NCBI RefSeq assembly: GCF_006345805.1
Contig: NW_021829285.1
Span: 1-6,653 of the forward strand
Source of the DNA: Octopus sinensis
Lineage: Eukaryota
DNA length: 6,653 bases
Direction: 5' to 3'
The stretch's first letter is position 1; every line of letters starts with the position of its first letter. The notes under the pieces are model-generated. The model searched no databases. It worked only from the letters and a program-made list of their open reading frames with translations, and had not been told where the DNA came from. Below are positions 1 to 6,195 of the stretch, piece after piece. Made by a program: the position numbers and the translations under genes.

Positions 1-64
1 GACTTTCTGAAAGAAACTTCTCCCCTTTCTCCCTCTATGCTTCGCTGTGCTTGAAATAACACCA

Positions 65-180
65 TACTTATCTCTCTCCCTCTCTTTTTCTATGAACCAA
101 TCTATGTTTCTATCTATCAACCTACCGATCTCTTTGCCTATCTTTACAGCTATCAATCAATCTATCTATTTTTCTACCTC
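65..180. repeat. Degenerate (TCTA)n / pyrimidine-rich low-complexity tract
   Basis: Recurrent TCTATC/TCAATC/CCTA units (e.g. tctatctatcaa, tcaatcaatctatctatt). It explains the S/L/I-rich ORF 47..286. Confidence 0.6.
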
Positions 181-509
181 TCCACAGAATTGTATGCTTT
201 TGCAGCGCGTTGATGACATTACAACGAATGTCTTCCCGTTTAAGCGCAAGTTCTCCCAACGCCATCATAGTATTAATTCGTTCTGACGTTCTCATAGTGT
301 TTTCTTGGTCGAGATATTAGGGTGATTTGCCATTGTCTTCCTCAACTGGATGGTCGTTGGCCCACAAAGAGCTCATGCATTCTTTGATAATTCTTGTTTT
401 CAACCCACGTTTATAATTTTACAATTACACTCTAAATATTCATTTAACCCATATAGTCTTTTTTGTATGTTGGCCACTGATAAATCATTAATTAATGACT
501 TTATGGTAA

Positions 510-898
510 TTACTCTTTTACTCTTTTACTTGTTTCAGTCATTTGACTGCGGCCATGCTGGAGCACCACCTTTAGTCGAGCAAATCGATCCCGGGACTTA
601 TTCTTTGTAAGCCCAGTACTTATTCTATCGGTCTCTATTGCCGAACCGCTAAGTGACGGGGACGTAAACACACCAACATCGGTTGTCAAGCAATGCTAGG
701 GGGACAAACGCACACACATACACACATATATATATAATATACATATAGACGACAGGCTTCTTTCAGTTTCCGTCTACCAAATCCACTCACAAGGCATTGG
801 TCGGCCCGGGGCTATAGCAGAAGACACTTGCCCAAGATGCCACGCAATGGGACTGAACCCGGAACCATGTGGTTGATTAGCAAGCTACTTACCACACA
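510..898 (-). mobile_element. tRNA-derived SINE (CORE-like, octopus-type), about 14 nt missing from the 5' end
   Basis: Minus strand: partial A box (TGTGTGG, 892-898), B box GGTTCAGTCCC (849-859), CORE-like CTTGGGCAAGTGTC (823-836), internal CA/TA microsatellite (711-747), 3' stem-loop CAGTCA-AA-TGACTG (536-549) and an 8-nt repeat tail (AAAGAGTA)2+ at 511-530. The family assignment and the missing length are recalled, not searched. Confidence 0.85.
711..747. repeat. (CA)n/(TA)n microsatellite inside the SINE
   Basis: cacacacatacacacatatatatataatatacatata. Confidence 0.9.
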
Positions 899-901
899 AT
901 A

Positions 902-927
902 TATAACAAAACCATTCGCACCGAAAG

Positions 928-968
<41 letters not shown>

Positions 969-993
969 TTTCGGTGCGAATGTTTTTTTTATA
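902..993. mobile_element. 92-bp palindrome / MITE-like element with an (AT)n core
   Basis: CATTCGCACCGAAAGCA (913-929) is the exact reverse complement of TGCTTTCGGTGCGAATG (966-982). Pairing extends to 902/993 with only 3 mismatches (907/988, 912/983, 930/965). The core is self-complementary (AT)n, and TA sits at both ends. Confidence 0.65.
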
Positions 994-1010
994 CCTCGCT
1001 ATATTTTACA

Positions 1011-1252
1011 ATCCTGTAAATAATAATAATGGTATTTTTATATAAGCTCAAAGCTAATGGCGATCATCGAGCAATGACTAACGAATACTGTATAATAACG
1101 GGGCTTATGAGCCCTCGACAGAAAAAAGAAGCCTTTCCTATCCACGTCCGAAGGCTTACATGCCCGTTATCATGCTATTTCCCTTAGTCATTGCAGGGTG
1201 ATCGGCATACGCTTTAAACTTATATAAAAATACCATTATCATTATTTACAGG

Positions 1253-1254
<2 letters not shown>
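1011..1254. mobile_element. 244-bp fold-back element (MITE-like) with long imperfect inverted arms
   Basis: ATCCTGTAAATAAT (1011-1024) pairs with ATTATTTACAGGAT (1241-1254). By hand count 62 of 71 positions pair over 1011-1081/1184-1254. Weaker pairing continues to about 1117/1149, leaving a loop of about 31 nt. Confidence 0.8.
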
Positions 1255-1496
<242 letters not shown>

Positions 1497-1588
1497 AGAC
1501 AGTCGTGTGCAATGAGTTACCAAAAAGGAAAGGTATAATTGTCACTAAATATGACTATGGTGTTAGAACAATGTTGTAGTATTTAATA

Positions 1589-1647
1589 TGTGTGTGTGTG
1601 TGTGTTTGTACACACACACACACACACACACATATATATGTATATAT
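1589..1647. repeat. (TG)8 then (CA)11 then (TA)n microsatellite (self-complementary arrangement)
   Basis: (TG)8 at 1589-1604, TGTACA centre at 1607-1612, (CA)11 at 1611-1632. Positions 1589-1630 form a 42-bp palindrome with one mismatch. Confidence 0.95.
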
Positions 1648-1664
1648 TGGGATCTGTATCTATA

Positions 1665-1736
<72 letters not shown>
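1665..1736. repeat. Perfect (TATC)18 tetranucleotide (GATA-type) microsatellite
   Basis: 72 bp of uninterrupted TATC. It produces the YLSI repeat in ORF 1588..1863. Confidence 0.97.
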
Positions 1737-1965
1737 AAATCTACGTAGAGCCATAGGAATGACGTTCAACTGGACAAGGGACCTCTACTTGCTGTCTTCG
1801 TGTTGGCTTGATTTGTTAGAGCGAGCTGGTAAATATTCTCCGGTTTCCATTCCTTTGTCTTGAAGTAGAGGAATGTTCTGTATAATATGGGAAAACGATG
1901 AGATATTTATTCAAGCCTGGACCGACTTTGAACATAGGTCTGCTTGTCCTAAGGAACAACGATGA

Positions 1966-2045
1966 CAAAAAGAAGTGGAAGAGATCAAGAAAAAGAAAAA
2001 GGGGAGAAAGAAAAAGAAGAAACGAATAATAACAACAGCAACAAT
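1966..2045. repeat. Purine-rich (GA/AAAAG) low-complexity tract followed by short AAT/AAC runs
   Basis: caaaaagaagtggaagagatcaagaaaaagaaaaaggggagaaagaaaaagaagaaacgaataataacaacagcaacaa. Confidence 0.75.
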
Positions 2046-2212
2046 TAAAGAACAATATCAACAGAGGTATTAAAATAAAAATTATTTTTTCTATTATTAT
2101 TATTTGATCTCAGAAATACTGAAGATAATTTGCAAAAAGATACGAATGACCCTCAATTGTCAATAGATGCTTAAATTTAATACAAGTTTCTAAAATAATT
2201 CAATAATAAAAT

Positions 2213-2362
2213 GCAAAGGTTGGCATTTTATAGGAGTGGGTTTGTTAATTCCACCGACCCCATTGCTCAACTGGTATTTATTTAATCGAGACCGAAATGC
2301 TAGAAAGCAAAGTTGACCTCGTCGGGATTTGAACTCAGAATAGAAAACCAGAGAAAAAAGTT
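2213..2362 (-). mobile_element. Diverged, headless fragment of the second SINE family (same subfamily as 5911-6102)
   Basis: Aligns with 5911-6050, sharing GGAGTGG, TCAACT (tandem units have GTAACT), GCAAAGT and GATTTGAACTCAG (B box on the minus strand). No A-box head is present. Confidence 0.65.
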
Positions 2363-2960
2363 ACCTATTTCTTTACTGCCCACAAGGAGCTAAACACAGA
2401 GAGAACAAACAAGGACAGACAAATGGATTAAGTCGATTATATCGACCCCAGTGCGTAAGTGGTACTTATTTAATCGACCCTGAAAGGATGAAAAGCAAAG
2501 TCGACCTCGTCGGAATTTGAACTCAGAACGTAACGGCAGACGAAATACCTATTTCTTTACTACCCACAAGGAGCTAAACAAAGAGAGGACAAACAAGGAC
2601 AGACAAACGGATTAAGTCGATTATATCGACTCCAGCGCGTAACTGGTACTTATTTAATCGACCCCGAAAGGATGAAAGGCAAAGTCAACCTCGGCGGAAT
2701 TTGAACTCAGAACGTAGCGGCAGACGAAATACCTATTTCTTTACTACCCACAAGGGGCTAAACACTGGTAGAGAACAAACAAAGACAGACAAACGGATTA
2801 AGTCGATTATATCGATCCCATTGCGTAACTGGTACTTAATTTATCGACCCCGAAAGGATGAAAGGCAAAGTCGACCTCGGCGGAATTTGAACTCACAATG
2901 TAGCGACAGACGAAATACCGCAAAGCATTTCTCCCGGCGTGCTAACGATTCTACCAGATC
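2363..2960 (-). mobile_element. tRNA-derived SINE trimer: one head plus three ~184-bp body units
   Basis: Units start at ACCTATTT at 2363, 2547 and 2731 (periods 184, 184, then 186 to 2917). The B box GTTCAAATTCC occurs at 2512-2522, 2696-2706 and 2882-2892. A single head at 2920-2960 carries the A-box-like TGGTAGAATCG (2946-2956). Confidence 0.9.
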
Positions 2961-2972
2961 CTCGACTCTACT

Positions 2973-2999
2973 AAAAAAAAAAATTTAAAAAAAAAAAAA
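2973..2999. repeat. Interrupted poly(A): A11-TTT-A13
   Basis: Read directly from the sequence; it lies next to the SINE head. Confidence 0.9.
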
Positions 3000-3688
3000 T
3001 TCTAATCACTTTTACACACTGGTGTTTAAATTGACTTAGTAGTGCGTGACATATCAAGCAAAAACAAGCGCCCCACGTAAGACCATCACCAGAAGACCTC
3101 GAAGCTAATTACATACTGAGTTGCGTCTAATTAATTTTACTGCTCCACTGTAGAACAAAACAAATCCAATAAGGAATTTGTGCTCAAGATTAAATAATAG
3201 TGAGCGTTTATCTGCGTCAATAACTACGTGTAAATTGTGTTTGTTCAATCATATTCAAATGGAATTGATACGCAGGTCTGTATCAAGGGAATAACTTTTG
3301 AGATGAAATTACTGTAAATAATATAATTCTATCTAGAAGTAAATTCTTTAGTCATGCTCTGAGGCTTACTGTTGCTTTGATAGGCTGTAGAGGCTTGGAA
3401 TGGTCGTTAATTATATTGAGTATATTTCAAAAAATCCATATTTCAAACGTACTTATTATATTAGCAGTGGGACATAATAGTAACAAATTTGTTTGATTAT
3501 CAACAAAAACAGATTAGTTTTACGCTTGGTTCATTGGAAAACGTTTGCAAGTAAATACGGCAAACTGGTTACTTTAGATTGAATAAAAACATGAAAATAT
3601 ACACTTAACATTTAGGACACGAACAACGCAATGTTGTGCAAGGCAAAGGCGTTGTTATGTAGCCAAGAAGTTCGTTTAACGGACACGC

Positions 3689-3749
3689 CAAGCAATAGAG
3701 AGGACAAACGACACACACACAAACACTCCTGGTTTTCCACACAGTTTCC
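3689..3749 (-). mobile_element. Probable downstream piece of an old CORE-like SINE copy split by the dimer insertion
   Basis: CAAGCAAT..GGACAAACG-ACACACA..CAGTTTCC matches 687-770 of the 510-898 element (CAAGCAAT..GGACAAACGCACACACA..CAGTTTCC). Confidence 0.5.
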
Positions 3750-4159
3750 TATTTGTTTATTGCTCACAAGGGGCTCAACACAGAGGGGACAAACAAGGAC
3801 AGACAAAGGGGCTAAGTCGATTACATGGATCCCAGTGCATAACTGGTACTTATTTAATCGACCCCGAAAGGATGAAAGGCAAAGTCGACCTCGGCGGAAT
3901 TTGAACTCAGAACGTAACGGCAGGCAAAATACCTATTTCTTTACTATCCACAAGGGGCTAAACACACAGGAGACAAACAAGGACAGACAAACAGATTACG
4001 TCGATTATATCGACCCCAGTGCGTAACTGGTACTTAATTTATCGACCCGAAAGGATGAAAGGCAAAGTCAACCTAGCCGGAATTTGAACTCACAACGCAG
4101 ACGAAATACCGCTAAGCATTTCGCCCGGGGTGCTAACGTTTCTGCCAGCTCGCCGCCTT
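3748..4159 (-). mobile_element. tRNA-derived SINE dimer: complete head plus two body units
   Basis: Units at about 3748-3930 and 3931-4107. The head (4111-4159) reads GGCGGCGAGCTGGCAGAAACGTTAGCAC on the minus strand, with the A box TGGCAGAAACG (4137-4147) and B box GTTCAAATTCC (4079-4089). Same family as 2363-2960. Confidence 0.9.
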
Positions 4160-4160
4160 A

Positions 4161-4264
4161 TTCCGTCTGTCAAATACACTCCCAAGATGTTTGGTCGCTG
4201 CGGGCTATAGTGGAGGACACTTGTCCAAGATGTCTCGCGGTGTGACTGGAGCCAGAAACCTCAT
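4161..4264 (-). mobile_element. Diverged CORE/head region of a second CORE-like SINE copy
   Basis: ttccgtctgtcaaatacactcccaag..gggctatagtggaggacacttgtccaagatg is collinear with 767-868 (ttccgtctaccaaatccactcacaag..gggctatagcagaagacacttgcccaagatg). Confidence 0.8.
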
Positions 4265-4534
4265 AATTATAAAGTGGGCACATTAATCACACACCCATTT
4301 AGAAAATAAATGACTAAATATACAAATGGATAAATAAACATTTGGTGCACTCAAATATTTGTGGCAGCACATCGTTTGAGACCTTCTTCTAGTCTACTCT
4401 CGTTCCATAAAAATTACACTTATCGGTTTATATATATTTTTATTTGAGCATCAGATCAATTTTTGCAGATAGGAAGTGAATGTATAGTCAACTGAAATAA
4501 TACTACTTTACATCTAGTCTATATTTTTTGGTAG

Positions 4535-4647
4535 GTTCGCATTGATAAGGAACAAGAAGAAAAACAAGCAAATGTCGGCGAGAAGATGGAAGAAGAAACC
4601 ACAAGATTTGAACTTTCCATACACTTAGACGATGCTAGATATAATAA
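4535..4647 (+). CDS. Candidate internal exon of an unidentified gene (VRIDKEQEEKQANVGEKMEEETTRFELSIHLDDARYN)
   Basis: T-rich acceptor ATATTTTTTGGTAG|G (AG at 4533-4534). The open frame starts immediately after it, is GAA-rich and charged, and ends at a weak donor AA|GTTAGA at 4648. I do not recognise any homology. Confidence 0.3.
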
Positions 4648-4722
4648 GTTAGAACAATACAGACTTCATTATTTACATTATTTACATTTGACGGATATTT
4701 GTCCTCATCTTGTTTGTTGTTA

Positions 4723-4766
4723 ACACAACGTTTCGGCTGATATACCCTTCAGAATTAATCAGATGT
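4723..4766 (-). ncRNA. Decayed hammerhead ribozyme motif (inverted twin of 4940-4983)
   Basis: Minus strand ACAT-CTGATTA-A-TTCTG-AAGGGTATAT-CAGCC-GAAAC-GTT-GTGT. Core G8 is lost and stem II is broken. Confidence 0.45.
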
Positions 4767-4817
4767 TTTGGGGAAATTTCGAACCTGGGTTCCTATTTCA
4801 AAGGTAATTTTCGATGT

Positions 4818-4820
<3 letters not shown>

Positions 4821-4879
<59 letters not shown>

Positions 4880-4886
4880 TAATAAT
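4821..4886. repeat. (AAT)19-GAT-(AAT)2 trinucleotide microsatellite
   Basis: Read directly. It gives the poly-N and poly-I runs in ORFs 4710..4985 and 4755..5054. Confidence 0.97.
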
Positions 4887-4939
4887 AACGTCGAAAAATA
4901 CCTTAGGAATGATAACCCAGGTTCGAAATTTCCCCAAAG

Positions 4940-4983
4940 ACACCTGAAGAAGGCTGCAGGGTATATCAGCCGAAACGTTGTGT
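4940..4983 (+). ncRNA. Minimal type I hammerhead ribozyme motif
   Basis: Stem I ACAC (4940-4943) with GTGT (4980-4983); core CTGAAGA (4944-4950) plus an extra A; stem II GGCTG/CAGCC with a 10-nt loop; GAAA (4972-4975); palindromic stem III AC/GT; predicted GUU cleavage triplet (4977-4979). Confidence 0.6.
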
Positions 4984-5090
4984 AAACAACAAACAAGATA
5001 GGGACAAATATCCGTCAAATGTAAATAATGTAAATAATGTAATTCATTCCTCATCTCTTAAATGTAGAACTGTAATATACACTTCGTCCC

Positions 5091-5766
5091 GCTGATGAAT
5101 CGAGTGTGGTCTGAACACACGTTCGTTGTAAAGCAGAAGCTGTTTTCCAACAGCAATTGACATATTCACGTTCGAATTTGTCGGAATGTTTTAAAATGTT
5201 TAAAAACATCGTTTTGATTCTTGCTGTTCATATAACGATTTATATTTGGTTGGTAGATATAAGAACGCATCAGCGAACAGTTTGTTTCATGAAATACAAA
5301 AAAAAAAAGCTTCAAATTTCTCGTTAGATTCATTGTTCCGTGGTGTCTTTGTAGCTGACGAGTCACAACGATGTCGAAACACCGGGTGTCCCAGATTTCT
5401 CTTGAAGCCGATGAATCGAAACTCACATTCGTTGTAAAGGAGTTGTTTCTTCTGAAAATTGAACACAACAGCGATTAGCTTATTCACGTTTGGTCCGTTT
5501 TCTCCGTCCTTGTTTTTGTATACATTTGCTGTTTTTTTTCAAAGGAATCTAATGTTCTTAGCTTAGTTTTCCTTGGGGCTGGCCAGATTGGAGCAATCTC
5601 AAGAATAATCAGCTGAAATTGTGAGGTTAAGTTGGTGCTTGGCTGAGGAAAGAAAACCTCGAATGACCCGTCCTTGTTTTCTTTGTATCGTCTATGTGGA
5701 TGCTTTGTTGGCCCTTTTTGTATCACCTAGCTGTCCGGATGTTTTGCGTTCTTGTCCATTTTGTAT
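5091..5766. mobile_element. Probable second interspersed repeat (Penelope-like non-autonomous candidate) with internal direct repeats and a hammerhead motif
   Basis: Degenerate direct repeat 5091-5172/5407-5490, hammerhead motif 5350-5395, and exact 12-mer CGTCCTTGTTTT at 5505-5516 and 5669-5680. It ends at a (TA)n tract. Boundaries are approximate. Confidence 0.4.
5350..5395 (+). ncRNA. Hammerhead ribozyme motif with GUC site and degenerate stem I
   Basis: CTGACGA (5355-5361); stem II GTCA/TGTC (3 of 4 pairs, G10.1-C11.1 intact); GAAA (5376-5379); stem III ACAC/GTGT; GUC at 5388-5390. Stem I pairs at only 3 of 5 positions (TGTAG/CCAGA). Confidence 0.55.
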
Positions 5767-5841
5767 TATATATATATATATATATAGCGGCGTACGTACA
5801 CTTTGATCTCTTATATGTAAGTATATACATATATATATATA
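5767..5841. repeat. Two (TA)n tracts
   Basis: (TA)10 at 5767-5786 and a TA/CA tract at 5822-5841. Confidence 0.9.
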
Positions 5842-5910
5842 AATCATCGTAGAAAAACACAGTCTCTGTTAAACCACAACAAATACACGTAAAAAGGCTA
5901 CATTCAGTCG

Positions 5911-6102
5911 CAAGGCCAGGAAGTCTAGGGGAGTGGTTAAGTCGATTACATTGACGCCAGTGTTCAACTTGTACTTATCTTATCGACACCGGATCGACGA
6001 AAGGCAAAGTCGACGGAATTTGAACCCAGATCGTAAAGGCGGTCGAAATGCTGCCAAGCATTATGCCCGTCGTTTTTAACGGTTCTGCTAGTTCACTGCC
6101 TT
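5911..6102 (-). mobile_element. Monomeric, older copy of the second tRNA-SINE family (different 3' subfamily)
   Basis: Head on the minus strand AAGGCAGTGAACTAGCAGAACCG (A box 6080-6090), B box GGGTTCAAATTCC (6015-6027), and body AAGTCGATTACAT..GTACTTAT..AAAGGCAAAGTCGAC as in the tandem units, with a 6-bp deletion after GTCGAC. Confidence 0.85.
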
Positions 6103-6195
6103 CTGTATTTATATCCACTTGTGAAATAAAATAATGGTGGAGGACATTTCTGTCTACAGCTAAGTGTTAGATATGACATCAGCTATATCGATATC

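Larger units (their letters stand above)
4667..5039. mobile_element. 373-bp inverted-repeat element with ~154-bp arms around (AAT)n; arms resemble Penelope-like pLTR ends with a hammerhead motif
   Basis: 4667-4820 versus the reverse complement of 4885-5039 shows 16 substitutions and 1 indel by hand count (about 89% identity). Possible outer limits are TA|CAG at 4658 and CTG|TA at 5074. Confidence 0.85.

Noticed and set aside
150-418. Minus-strand frame RGLKTRIIKECMSSLWANDHPVEEDNGKSP*YLDQENTMRTSERINTMMALGELALKREDIRCNVINALQKHTILW, and plus-strand acceptor-like sites at 187 and 205
   Set aside because: The frame has an internal stop, no convincing splice pair and no recognised family. Frames this long occur by chance. 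TBLASTN would settle it.
849-898. Functional tRNA gene at the SINE heads (also 4079-4159 and 6015-6102)
   Set aside because: A and B boxes are present, but there is no complete cloverleaf and each continues into a SINE body.
1757-1828. Possible 72-bp symmetric plus-strand exon (MTFNWTRDLYLLSSCWLDLLERA) with donor G|GTAAAT
   Set aside because: The donor is good, but the acceptor lacks a pyrimidine tract and the peptide is unrecognisable.
1816-2061. Minus-strand acceptor-like sites (TTCCTTAG|G at 1948, ATTATACAG|A at 1877) and ORF 1816..2061
   Set aside because: The pyrimidine tract is simply the complement of a GA-rich low-complexity run. There is no strong donor, and the frames stop quickly or give unrecognised peptides.
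2363-2919. CRISPR-like or satellite interpretation of the 184-bp periodicity
   Set aside because: The units are contiguous with no unique spacers, contain Pol III B boxes and end in a tRNA-like head. The context is eukaryotic.
2701-4026. ORFs 2701..2988, 3612..3806 and 3631..4026 sharing RPRKDERQSRPRRNLNS
   Set aside because: The similarity is the translation of SINE units, not a protein repeat.
4710-5054. Poly-N and poly-I ORFs on opposite strands
   Set aside because: They are products of the (AAT)n core and the inverted arms.
5092-5135. CTGATGA followed by a GTGTG/CACAC hairpin as a possible third hammerhead
   Set aside because: There is no GAAA after the stem and no stem III or NUH site. 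The GAAAC in the sister copy (5418-5422) is formed at a 10-bp indel junction.
5166-5806. ORFs 5166..5468, 5246..5437, 5287..5487, 5484..5726 and 5621..5806 as RT or endonuclease remnants
   Set aside because: No RT (YxDD), GIY-YIG, APE or DDE motifs are visible. They are short overlapping frames in repeat-like DNA.
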